Shown one piece after another: positions 1 through 8,969 of a stretch of DNA of 64,000 bases. The stretch covers positions 736,763 through 800,762 of the forward strand of contig CAVZQU010000007.1 in the NCBI GenBank assembly GCA_963777515.1, in the 5' to 3' direction. The first letter of the stretch is position 1. The number at the start of each line of letters is the position of its first letter. The stretch is from an uncultured Bacteroidota bacterium (lineage in GTDB: Bacteria > Bacteroidota > Ignavibacteria > Ignavibacteriales > Ignavibacteriaceae). The position numbers and the translations under genes were made by a program. The notes under the pieces were generated by a model. The model searched no databases and had not been told where the DNA came from. It saw only the letters and a program-made list of their open reading frames with translations.

Positions 1-654
1 AGATCCTTGAGTGTGACAGCTAAAGCAGTTACTTATTTTATGCCCTCCAATCAGCGGGAAAAAACTATGATCAAAATTTGTATTGCCCCAGGTAAAGTTA
101 GTCATGCTATGACAATCTTCGCAGTTAGTTGAAAAATTTGCTTGAACATGATTTGGCGCCGTTGTTGAATAGTATTGCTTAGCATGACAGCTAAAACACG
201 AAACACTTTGAGGCGGAAATAATAAATTTTCATAACCGTTGTGACAACTTCTGCAGTCTACATTTAAATGAACTCCTACCAATGGGAAACGACTGTTTTG
301 ATGTATTTGAATAATATTAGATACAATCCAGGTTTCCGTAACATGACATTTTTCACATTCAGGCCCAAGAGTATTTTGATGAACATCTTTATGACATGAA
401 ATACATTCAGATTTTACTTCCGAAAAAATCAAACTTTTATGACATGATTGACAATCAACCGAAGCATGCTGCCCGGATAATTCAAAAGATGTTTCTTTGT
501 TGTGATTAAATTTTATGTTTTTAGGAATAGTCTTCCAGTTTGTTGATTCATGGCAGTTCGCACAGTCAATTTTTAAATCTTTCCCATGCGGTGATTGAGG
601 AAAAATAAAGATAGTTCCTATTGCAAAAAATATTATGAATGACAGGAAGCGCAT
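1..654 (-). CDS. multiheme c-type cytochrome, N-terminal 218 aa (gene runs off the window start)
   Basis: Not in the ORF track because it leaves the window. Reverse-strand ATG at 654-652 gives the signal peptide MRFLSFIIFFAIGTIFIFPQ and stays open to base 1. I read 8 CXXCH motifs (CANCH, CQSCH, CISCH, CEKCH, CRSCH, CFSCH, CEDCH, CFSCH). Confidence 0.85.
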   Translation of the reverse strand, partial: MRFLSFIIFFAIGTIFIFPQSPHGKDLKIDCANCHESTNWKTIPKNIKFNHNKETSFELSGQHASVDCQSCHKSLIFSEVKSECISCHKDVHQNTLGPECEKCHVTETWIVSNIIQIHQNSRFPLVGVHLNVDCRSCHNGYENLLFPPQSVSCFSCHAKQYYSTTAPNHVQANFSTNCEDCHSMTNFTWGNTNFDHSFFPLIGGHKISNCFSCHTQGS

Positions 655-2248
655 TTAAAATCTCTTAATTTATATTTGATGAATTCATTTCCATTCTCAG
701 TTACTTTTTTATGACACGAAATACACAATAATTTTTCATGGGCACCTTTTAACGAGAAAGCTGTTTTTTCATGATCAAATTTTTCCGGTTTCCAGCTATT
801 GAATCCATGACAGTTTTCACATACTGGGTTAATTCCATCTTGTTCAGAATTAAATTGTCCAAAGTGAATATCTTTATGACATGTTTGACAATCTAGATTT
901 TAAAGAAACAAACTTGAATTCAATTTTACCGATAACAGTTTCAAATTCATGGCAATCTTTGCATTTAACTGACTTGATGTTTCCCTTCAAGCTTAAAATT
1001 TGTTAGATCATGATTAAATGAAATCTTCGCCCAATCCTCTGTTGAATGGCATGAAGTGCAATCATTATTTTGCATAAACTTTTCTCTAATTTCAAAACCA
1101 TGAACATTTTTATGACAATCAATACACTTCAATCCTATATTCTTAAAATGCCATTGATTGATATCATTTTTATAATGACATGATTGGCATGGAATTGCTA
1201 AATGAGCTCCGGTTAATTCAAATTTTAATTTACTATGATCAGCAATAGTAAAATTTGTAACTTTGAAACTTTCCACTGAATGACAATCCTTACAATCTTT
1301 TAAATATTTTATCATGCAGTAAATTCACCAAAGTGTGCATCCTTATGGCAATCAGTGCACTTGTCAAATTTTGGTTTTGAAAGTGAATTATTTCCATGAC
1401 AATCTGAGCATTTAACATTTGCATGAGCACCTTTTAAAGGAAATCTAGTTTTATTATGATCAAATGTATTTCCGTTTAAAACTTTAAATGAATTTGTGTT
1501 ATGACATTTGGTACAGTTATCTCCAAACTTTCCGTTATGTATATCTTTATGACATGGTGTACAGTTTGTAAATTCTAACCCGGTAAATTTTTGAAAATCT
1601 TTTCCGTTTCTTTTTTCTTTTACATGACATTTAATACAATCAACATTTTTGTGTGCACCTGTTAATTGAAACTTTGCATTGTCATGATTAAAATTAACTG
1701 CCGGTTTAAAAGAATCATTTCCATGACATGATTGACATTTATCGCCTAAAGTTTTTTGATGCACATCTTCATGACATGAAATACAAGTTGTTTCTAATCC
1801 TAAATAAGTTCCTTTCCTTTTTTTATTTGAGTCATACTTAATAAATTTATCTTGATGGCACTCTTCACATTTAAGCTTAGCATGTTTTCCTTTTAACTCG
1901 AATTTTGCTTTTATATGATCAAAACCTTTGGGTTGAAAGTTTATAATCCTGAAATCTCTTCCATTATGTTCGCTATGACAGTTTTTACATTCTTTTTTCC
2001 TGAACTTCATCACTTGAATGATAACCTCTATGTTGATCGATTAAAGTTTTAATTTCAGTATGGCAATCAAGGCATTTAGAATCCTGAACTTTTTCTCCTA
2101 ACACATGGCATTTTGTACAATTACTCATTCCCTCAAACTTTGCATGAGCAGTTGTAAGATCTCCGGGAGAAATTTGCGCTAATAAATGAGTTTGCAGAAT
2201 CAGTAAAAGAAATACAATAGATTGAATACAAAAATTCCTGTTCAACAA
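633..2248 (-). pseudogene. large multiheme c-type cytochrome (about 20 CXXCH) split into at least 5 reading-frame pieces
   Basis: ORF-track pieces 1985..2248 (signal peptide + 2 CXXCH), 1312..2013 (9 CXXCH) and 965..1315 (4 CXXCH), plus two untracked pieces 633..964 (5 CXXCH, ending CASCHS-stop at 633-635). The paired-CXXCH repeat (FNHD..F.L.G.H..V.C..CH...CH.D.H.G.FG) continues straight across each break. Breaks sit at runs T6 1993-1998 and T4 898-901. Only the first piece has a signal peptide. Confidence 0.8.
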
Positions 2249-2282
2249 ATTATTCCTGGTATCTCTAAAAATGAAATTTGAG

Positions 2283-3617
2283 TTAATGCTTTAAAACTAT
2301 TTCACCGAACTTTTTGGTTATTTTAATTCCAATCTTTTCAAGGAATTGTGTTGGTAATTCACCACCGGCAAAAATATAAACCAGATCATTTTTTATTATT
2401 TTTTCTGAATTCGTATCATTATTAATAAGAACAACTTCGTTATCTTTTATCTCTTTAACTTTGGAATTAAAAATCACTTTTATTTTCTTTGTTTGAATTG
2501 CTTCGTTGATTCGTTCTAAATTTTTTGGTTTCAGCCTGCTGAATGCTTCACCCCTATATGATATAGAAACTTGATTATCTTCATCAGCAAGCAGCAAAGC
2601 TGATTCTATAGCAGAATCTCCTCCACCTACAATAAGAATATTGAATTTATGTATTAGTTCAGGTTCAATTAACTTATAATAAACTTTTTGTTTTTCTTCA
2701 CCGGGAACATTTAATTTTCTTGGAGAACCCCTTCTGCCTATTGAAAGTAGTACTGAGCTTGAAGTGTAGGTCCCTTTGTTTGTTTTAATTGTAAAATACT
2801 GATCTAATTTTTCTATCGATTCAACTTTTTCCTGTTCATTAATTGTGATGTTATTATTCTCCAGCACTTCTGTCCATAATTCAAGCAATTCTGATTTTGA
2901 TGTTTCAGCCAATTTAACTTTTCCATAAAGAGGTAAATCCATTGGAGAAGTCATTATTATTTTAGCACGCGGGAAATTGAAAACAGTACCTCCTAAACTC
3001 TCCTGTTCAATGGTCAAAAATTTTAAATTATTTTTAGCAGCAGTTAATGTAGCTGATATACCAGCCGGTCCTGCACCCACAATAATCAAATCATATTTAG
3101 CCTGAGCAACTCTCTTTATCTTTTTATTAATGAAATCAACTGCCTGCTTACCCTGAGCAACAGCATTTTTAATTAATCCCATTCCACCTAATTCACCGGC
3201 AATAAACAACCCAGGAATATTGGTCTCAAATTCGGGGCTAATATGCGGCAGATCAACTCCTCTTTTTTCTGTTCCAATTACCAAAGAAATTGCACCCATA
3301 GGACAAGCATGAAAACATGCGCCATGGCCAACGCATCTTGAGGCATTTATAGTTTTTGCATGTCCACTAACAATTCCAAGAATATCTTTTTCAGGGCACG
3401 CTGCAACGCAAGCTCCGCTACCAATACATTTTTCCGGGTCAATAACTGGGTGTAAGGTAACCGGTTCGTGAAACCCAAGTTCAATCGCTTTCTCAATTTT
3501 TTGAGATACTACTTTAGAACTTTTATGTTTTTTTAGAAGATAGTATAAAAGGATTGAACCAAAAATAATCAGAACAATACCGTAAGTAATAATATTCTCT
3601 AGTACTATTTCCATCAC
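2283..3617 (-). CDS. membrane-anchored 2x[4Fe-4S] ferredoxin-domain / FAD-dependent pyridine nucleotide-disulfide oxidoreductase (thioredoxin-reductase-like)
   Basis: N-terminal TM helix (IITYGIVLIIFGSILLYYLL). Two Cys clusters, CIGSGACVAACP and CVGHGACFHACP. Two Rossmann motifs, IIVGAGPAGISA and ILIVGGGDSAIESA. Confidence 0.8.
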   Translation of the reverse strand: MMEIVLENIITYGIVLIIFGSILLYYLLKKHKSSKVVSQKIEKAIELGFHEPVTLHPVIDPEKCIGSGACVAACPEKDILGIVSGHAKTINASRCVGHGACFHACPMGAISLVIGTEKRGVDLPHISPEFETNIPGLFIAGELGGMGLIKNAVAQGKQAVDFINKKIKRVAQAKYDLIIVGAGPAGISATLTAAKNNLKFLTIEQESLGGTVFNFPRAKIIMTSPMDLPLYGKVKLAETSKSELLELWTEVLENNNITINEQEKVESIEKLDQYFTIKTNKGTYTSSSVLLSIGRRGSPRKLNVPGEEKQKVYYKLIEPELIHKFNILIVGGGDSAIESALLLADEDNQVSISYRGEAFSRLKPKNLERINEAIQTKKIKVIFNSKVKEIKDNEVVLINNDTNSEKIIKNDLVYIFAGGELPTQFLEKIGIKITKKFGEIVLKH

Positions 3618-3655
3618 AATGAATATTGATTTATTATATCTTAAGACATTAATTG

Positions 3656-3669
3656 TTGCTAATTAGCAA
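3656..3669. promoter_or_regulatory. perfect 14-bp palindrome TTGCTAATTAGCAA (Crp/Fnr-like geometry) upstream of the flavoprotein/cytochrome operon
   Basis: TTGCT-N4-AGCAA read directly, 39 bp upstream of the start codon at 3617. The 5-4-5 geometry matches the Fnr/Crp-family site TTGAT-N4-ATCAA. No binding evidence. Confidence 0.3.
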
Positions 3670-3792
3670 TAATGAAGCCATTATTAAAATGAATTTATTG
3701 ATTATTTTTTTTCGTGTCTAAACACGTAATTAGTAAAAATGGTAAGTTTAAACGAAAATAATTCGCTCCAATATTGGTTATGTAGAATAATT

Positions 3793-4401
3793 TTACAGCT
3801 TTTCTAATGAGGTCTTAGCTTGATTTGCTGCTTCTGAATTGGGAAAATCTTTTATGAGTTTTTCCCAAATCGTTCTACATTCTTTCTTATTGCCTTTAGC
3901 AAAGGCAATTGCTCCCAAATTATACAATGCTTGCTTGTCTTGTGGATACAGATCAAGAACTTTTTTTGTGAGGTCTTCTGCTTTATCAAAATTTTTTTCA
4001 CTGTAATAAATGAAAGTTAAAGCAAAGTAGATATCCCTTCTCTTAGGGTCAATTTTTAAAATTCTATTATAATATTGAATGGCGTCTTGTCCCCTATGAC
4101 CGGCTGTTATTAAATCGGCAAATTGTCTTAATTTTAAAGTGTCATTGGGATGTTCTTTAATTTCTTTTTCAAGCATTTCAACTTGATGTTTATAATTTTC
4201 GTTTACATTAGCCTTGCTGGGAGATGAACCTACAGGGGCTTGCATATCTTTATGAATGTCGTCTTTAGGCATTTGTTCGTTCGCAGATACATTTGTGGAT
4301 GTTGTTTCAGTAGTAGAACTATTCTGTTGAGAAACAATCACTAAAAAAACAATTGCAATTATTGCAAGCGGTAAATAAATATAAATTGGTTTAATTTTCA
4401 T
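3793..4401 (-). CDS. TPR-repeat protein with N-terminal membrane anchor (NrfG/CcmI-like apocytochrome chaperone candidate)
   Basis: TM helix IYIYLPLAIIAIVFLVIV, then about 3 TPR units (AIQYYNRILKIDP, ALTFIYYSEKNFDKAEDL, ALYNLGAIAFAKGN). The chaperone role is inferred only from its position next to the cytochrome genes. Confidence 0.5.
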   Translation of the reverse strand: MKIKPIYIYLPLAIIAIVFLVIVSQQNSSTTETTSTNVSANEQMPKDDIHKDMQAPVGSSPSKANVNENYKHQVEMLEKEIKEHPNDTLKLRQFADLITAGHRGQDAIQYYNRILKIDPKRRDIYFALTFIYYSEKNFDKAEDLTKKVLDLYPQDKQALYNLGAIAFAKGNKKECRTIWEKLIKDFPNSEAANQAKTSLEKL

Positions 4402-4414
4402 TTAGCAACAACTT

Positions 4415-5296
4415 TTAAAAAATCCATCTATATCCGAATGCTATGGTTACACCTATATGAATTAACATAATAATAAACATGGTAATTGCAAATGGCAAAT
4501 GTACTATATGCCAATATTTGAAAAGTTTTTGCATTACTCTTAGCTGCCCAATTTTCCTGCTTAATATTAATTTAGATTTGGAAATTTTGATTATCTCTTT
4601 CATCTGTGATTTTGAGTAACCTAATATTTTCATATTGCTTTTCAATACATTTAGAACTGACTGCATGGCAAAAGTATCCTTAAAAACAAGAATAAAGCTT
4701 TGGGCTAAGGTTACATTTTTATATTTATGGAATGATTGCAGTTCCTCTATTTTGGAAAGAACATTATCACCAACTTTATAATCCTGTCTTAATTTATTTG
4801 TTAAATCTTCGCTCATGGCATCAAGTTCTTTTATGCTTAAAACTTTTCCTTGAATTGTGTGCGGTATTTGAACATAAAGAAATCTTCCAACAACCCCACT
4901 CAATACCACTGCCACCATACTCCAAAAGCTTACAGCAACAATTCCGCCGAATTTAAAAGCTGTATGATAAAGAACTAATATCGGCCCAACTGTACAAAGA
5001 AAAATATGAAATTCAAGCCAGTGTTTTAAGAAGCCAAAATTCATAAACCTTGTTCTCTTCCTTATCATATAAATAGCCACGCCGAAAATCATCATTAGCG
5101 AACCAATTATACCAAATCCATGTCCCCACAATCCGCTCGGTTTTAATGCAGTATGTTGTGCTAAGAAAACCCTTTCGCCAATAGGTGCACTGTAATATTG
5201 ATAACCGTTTATACCAAGCAGCAAAGTAGTGCCAATGCCGACTATAAAAAATAATATAATATAAATACGATGAAGAGATTTGTTCATTAGATACAA
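4415..5296 (-). CDS. integral membrane protein with conserved intramembrane histidines (possible b-type heme binding)
   Basis: At least 5 hydrophobic helices. His residues lie in or near helices (WLEFHIFLC, LVLYHTAF, WHIVHLPFAI, MLIHIGV). No family recognised by eye. Confidence 0.4.
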   Translation of the reverse strand: MYLMNKSLHRIYIILFFIVGIGTTLLLGINGYQYYSAPIGERVFLAQHTALKPSGLWGHGFGIIGSLMMIFGVAIYMIRKRTRFMNFGFLKHWLEFHIFLCTVGPILVLYHTAFKFGGIVAVSFWSMVAVVLSGVVGRFLYVQIPHTIQGKVLSIKELDAMSEDLTNKLRQDYKVGDNVLSKIEELQSFHKYKNVTLAQSFILVFKDTFAMQSVLNVLKSNMKILGYSKSQMKEIIKISKSKLILSRKIGQLRVMQKLFKYWHIVHLPFAITMFIIMLIHIGVTIAFGYRWIF

Positions 5297-5361
5297 TTGA
5301 TAAATCTAAATTCCAATTATTATATATTCACCATTAATTCAATGAACTAAATTAGTGCCGA

Positions 5362-5664
5362 TTATTCTACAGATTCTATTAGCGTAGTATACCGGGATGA
5401 ATTATCTATCGTCATTTCACTAATTTTATTTATAAGTATGTTTATTCTCTCATTTTGATTATCATCAAAATTTTCATAAGCTTCTTCAGAATTAAATAAG
5501 TAAACTTCCTGAAAATGATTTTTTTTACCTTTAACTTCATAGATTGAATAATTTTCCAGACCTTCCGCTTTTAAAAGAGTTTTTAACTCTTTTGCTGTGG
5601 AAAGATATTCATCTCTTTTTTCACCATTTATTTCATATTGTATTGAAAAGATTACTTTAGCCAT
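5362..5664 (-). CDS. hypothetical 100-aa protein
   Basis: Clean ORF between neighbours on the same strand. No recognisable motif. Confidence 0.5.
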   Translation of the reverse strand: MAKVIFSIQYEINGEKRDEYLSTAKELKTLLKAEGLENYSIYEVKGKKNHFQEVYLFNSEEAYENFDDNQNERINILINKISEMTIDNSSRYTTLIESVE

Positions 5665-5678
5665 TTGTTCTCCGTTAA

Positions 5679-6545
5679 TTATAGAAACTTGTTTATAAAA
5701 AATTCTCCGTTATAAATTGATTTTGCAGGGCCTATCAATGACATGCCTGCTACTTCATTATCAACTATTTTAAAATTAACTAATAATTCATCTCCGCCTC
5801 TTGTTTTCAATGATATTGGCGGCTTTAAATTATAATTTAGATAACTTATATAAGCTGCGGCAACCGAGCCTGTACCGCAGGCAAGGGTTTCATCTTCTAC
5901 ACCTCTTTCATATGTCCTTATATAAATTTTATCATCTTTAATCTGAATAAAATTTACATTAGTCCCTAAAGGCGCTAAATCCTTATGATATCTAATTTCT
6001 CTCCCTAAGTTAAAAACCGGGAATTCATCTATGTCATTATAAACTGAGGATGGATTTTTAACATCATGCAGCACATCTTCAATTTTAATTATAACATGAG
6101 GTGAACCGGTATTTATAAAAGAAGAATTTATTAATTGCCCGCCTGCTTTAATTTTAAAGTTGTTTTTTAATTGTTTAGGCGGACTTAAACAAAATCTTAT
6201 CTGCTCTTCTGAAATTACATCTCCAAGATAATCTTCGCCATTGGAAATAAACTTTGCTTTTCCGGTATTTAACCGGTTTGTATCGTTAGCAAATTTTATT
6301 GCACAGCGGGCACCATTACCACATAGGCTTCCGGTAGAACCATCTGCATTATAATATTCCATAACAAAGTCATACTTATCCGAATCATAAATTGCAATCA
6401 CTCCGTCGGCACCAATACCGTTTCTCCTGTGACATAAATTTCTAATTTCGACAGGATTAATTTCAAATTCAACGTTTTGATTTCTATCGATTACGATAAA
6501 ATCGTTTCCTGCCCCGCTCATTTTTGTGAAATAAATTTTTTTCAT
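5679..6545 (-). CDS. dapF: diaminopimelate epimerase
   Basis: FTKMSGAGNDFIVID N-terminus and both catalytic-Cys motifs (SLCGNGARC and LACGTGSVAAA). Length 288 aa is typical. Confidence 0.9.
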   Translation of the reverse strand: MKKIYFTKMSGAGNDFIVIDRNQNVEFEINPVEIRNLCHRRNGIGADGVIAIYDSDKYDFVMEYYNADGSTGSLCGNGARCAIKFANDTNRLNTGKAKFISNGEDYLGDVISEEQIRFCLSPPKQLKNNFKIKAGGQLINSSFINTGSPHVIIKIEDVLHDVKNPSSVYNDIDEFPVFNLGREIRYHKDLAPLGTNVNFIQIKDDKIYIRTYERGVEDETLACGTGSVAAAYISYLNYNLKPPISLKTRGGDELLVNFKIVDNEVAGMSLIGPAKSIYNGEFFINKFL

Positions 6546-6802
6546 TAGGATTCTAATTTAGGTGAATACCGGATTGATTTCAATAAGAATTTTAGAATAT
6601 ATGCGAGTTAATTATGAAATTATAGTTTTAATAATCCAATTTATAAAGTTCATAAATTTGCTAAAAGCACTATTTTTACAGTATTTAGCGTTGACATAAT
6701 AATTGAGCAAAGTATACATATTAATAGATTGGAAGAAATGATGCAGTATTTCAAATGAATGATTTCTTGAAGAAAAGTTATTTCCCTTGAGTTTGGATAG
6801 TA

Positions 6803-7447
6803 TTAAGCGGTTTTCTCTACATGGCTATCACAAGTACAAGCTAAATTACCGGACTTAACTTTCTCGAATGCTTCCTTCCCTTCCTTAAAAGCATAATATG
6901 CAATTCCCAGTGAACCTAAAATATCAAAGTACCCGATTTTAAAAATCTCATATAGCCCACTAGCACCTAAAAGAATGAAAGAAAGATAAAAGCAAGTTTT
7001 TGTACAATGAGCATCGGAAATTATTGCATCGGATTTAAGTGCTTCACCAACTTTAAGCTTTGCATTCATTAAATAATACATCGTGAATATTGAAATTACA
7101 GAAATGATTATACCGGCAAGTGTTGTTTCTGGTTTTACGTTATAAATAATATTTAGAATTGAACCGATTATTAATCCAACTGTTAAAATATAAAAACTAA
7201 ATCCTGTAATTCTTAAAGCTGTTTTTTCAAATTTATCCCTCTCTATCACATTGGAATTCTTCATTCTTAAAACCATGTGAAGTATTCCTAACCCGGAAAT
7301 TACTTCCACAAAGCTGTCTACACCAAATCCAAACAAAGCTAGAGTCTCATCAGAATAGCCAAATGAAACTGAAACTATTCCTTCTACAATGTTGTAACCT
7401 ACAGTAATGATTGCAAGAATTAAAGCGGTTCTTAATAAGTTTTTCAA
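6803..7447 (-). CDS. cation-efflux-like membrane protein (CDF transmembrane domain only)
   Basis: 6 predicted TM helices. Acidic/His motifs in helices (FGFGVDSFVEVISG, SDAIISDAHCTKT) resemble CDF metal sites. Cys/His-rich tail CTCDSH. Confidence 0.45.
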   Translation of the reverse strand: MKNLLRTALILAIITVGYNIVEGIVSVSFGYSDETLALFGFGVDSFVEVISGLGILHMVLRMKNSNVIERDKFEKTALRITGFSFYILTVGLIIGSILNIIYNVKPETTLAGIIISVISIFTMYYLMNAKLKVGEALKSDAIISDAHCTKTCFYLSFILLGASGLYEIFKIGYFDILGSLGIAYYAFKEGKEAFEKVKSGNLACTCDSHVEKTA

Positions 7448-7537
7448 AAATTTCCTTTTTTAATTATTGTATAATCAAAACAGTTTTTTAATATAAAAAA
7501 AAATAATGATAACTGAATGATAAGATTTAATTAATGC

Positions 7538-8101
7538 CTATTCAATAAATTGGTCAATGCCAAAACCATATTTTTTATTTTTCTCTGTCATTTTTAAAAA
7601 ATAGTCTAACCGTTTACGAAAAAAATCCGGCCTATTCCTAGAACCATCAACAAAACCTATTCTAATTCTTTGATATGCCTCAGGAAACTTTTGAAAATTT
7701 TCCCAGGCTTTTTTATTAGCTTTTAATTCTTTTAAGATGTCTTTTGGGATTATGAATTTATCATCGAGGATATTTCCTAAAGAATCTTTGACTTCTTTAA
7801 TAACTTTTTTCTTTTTAATCAATATTCGTAATCTTTCCTTATTCGCTTGCGAGTAGCTGCTTTTAGGATTTCTTGGAGTAAATTTCTGTGCAAACTTTTT
7901 ATCATCAATTCTTTTGGTTGTACTGTCAATCCATCCAAAACATAAAGCTTCTTCAACGGCATCATTATATGGAATCCTTGGTTTGCCAGAATCTATTTTA
8001 TAATAAATTAACCAAATTTTCTTTTCTTTTTTGTAATTGGCTTTTAACCAGGAACGCCAATCTTTACTGTTAGTAACATATAATGTTTTTGTAATTTCCA
8101 T
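7538..8101 (-). CDS. YdeI/OmpD-associated family protein
   Basis: Matches the family signature: WRSWLKANYKKEKKIWLIYYK...PRIPYNDAVEEALCFGWIDS...F.PRNPKS.YS..N. Confidence 0.75.
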   Translation of the reverse strand: MEITKTLYVTNSKDWRSWLKANYKKEKKIWLIYYKIDSGKPRIPYNDAVEEALCFGWIDSTTKRIDDKKFAQKFTPRNPKSSYSQANKERLRILIKKKKVIKEVKDSLGNILDDKFIIPKDILKELKANKKAWENFQKFPEAYQRIRIGFVDGSRNRPDFFRKRLDYFLKMTEKNKKYGFGIDQFIE

Positions 8102-8201
8102 AAAATTAAAATTATATTATAGCAATGTTAATAAACACGATTAGTTTAGAAATTAAGTTTGGTTACATCTAAATATCTGATATTGCCAAAAGTTAGTATT
8201 T

Positions 8202-8237
8202 AAAATAAAGAAACCGTTACACTTAATGCAACGGTTT
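8202..8237 (-). terminator. rho-independent terminator (minus strand)
   Basis: The minus strand reads AAACCGTT-GCATTAAGTGT-AACGGTTT followed by CTTTATTTT. It lies downstream of the non-coding stretch 8238-8610 and about 100 bp upstream of the ydeI-like start. Confidence 0.55.
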
Positions 8238-8611
8238 AAATAACAACTAAAATAAAACAGCTAAGTGAATGGGGCGTGCTGATTTTTCATTCAAACTTTG
8301 CCTAGCTACCCCCTGGCTAATATATGCAAATGAATTTGCAGATCGTCCACGCCCTCCAACACCAAACGATGAAAGGCTAAATGAAGAGATTATGATTCAT
8401 TTCATGAATTTTATTACAAGATGCTTCTTACTTCATCTGCAAAAACTTCCCTTCAATAATATTAATATTTATTTTATATAACTTTCAGAGAACAATTAAA
8501 ACTAGCGCCCACTTGCTAAATCATAAGCTTTCCAACTGAATTCGAATAACATTCATATTTAAGCAGAATTGTTAATTCAAATTCTGTGGTTAATTATAAA
8601 TAAAAGTGTTT

Positions 8612-8634
8612 AAAAAAAAATCAGTATAATTACT
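8612..8634 (-). promoter_or_regulatory. conserved box copy 1 (inverted): AGTAATTATACTGATTTTTTTTT
   Basis: Reverse complement of 8612-8634. Shares 18 of 21 invariant positions with the three plus-strand copies. Points into the ORF-free region 8238-8610. Confidence 0.5.
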
Positions 8635-8660
8635 GAAAGTTATCCACATTTTTAAAATTA

Positions 8661-8681
8661 GGTAGTTATACTGATTTTTTT
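8661..8681 (+). promoter_or_regulatory. conserved box copy 2: GGTAGTTATACTGATTTTTTT
   Basis: 42 nt upstream of the ATG at 8724, which has a strong RBS (AAGGAGGAGG). Contains the -10-like TATACT. Confidence 0.5.
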
Positions 8682-8723
8682 AAAAGTATTTTGTTATAAA
8701 TTTGGATAAAAAAAGGAGGAGGT

Positions 8724-8969
8724 ATGGATTACAACAAATTAAAAGATATTTTAGATGATATTTTATTGTCCGATTATATTGATATTAGTGAATACCAGGA
8801 TAAATATTTTTTTATCAAGAGATTAAAAAATGAACTTCCTGGAACTAATGAAAATATTCTATTTAAAAGCCTGGATTCTACAAATAAAATACTGCAAATT
8901 CCTAGGAAAAAGAAAGATTTTATATCATCTTATATTAATGAAATAAAAAAACAATTTAACTTTGTTTAG
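8724..8969 (+). CDS. hypothetical 81-aa protein, first gene of the two-component operon
   Basis: Strong RBS AAGGAGGAGGT before the ATG. Its stop overlaps the kinase GTG start (TAGTG). No recognisable family. Confidence 0.6.
   Translation: MDYNKLKDILDDILLSDYIDISEYQDKYFFIKRLKNELPGTNENILFKSLDSTNKILQIPRKKKDFISSYINEIKKQFNFV

Noticed and set aside
3713-3726. CGTGT-CTAA-ACACG hairpin as the terminator of the TPR gene
   Set aside because: The T-run precedes the hairpin on the plus strand, so on the minus strand an A-run follows it. It therefore fits a canonical intrinsic terminator for neither strand, and the stem is only 5 bp.
8270-8356. Identity of the GC-rich element as SRP RNA, tRNA or RNase P RNA
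   Set aside because: One segment (GCCAGGGGGTAGCTAGGCA on the minus strand) vaguely resembles the 3' strand of 4.5S RNA. However, the invariant domain-IV motif (GGAA tetraloop followed by GGAAGCAG) is absent on both strands. There is no T-loop GGTTCGA and no RNase P conserved blocks, and the element is too short.
8269-8481. Plus-strand 70-aa ORF (MGRADFSFKLCLATPW...) as a protein-coding gene
   Set aside because: It has no RBS, its composition is driven by the GC-rich paired core and then a low-complexity AT-rich tail, and it overlaps a region better explained as structured RNA or spacer.
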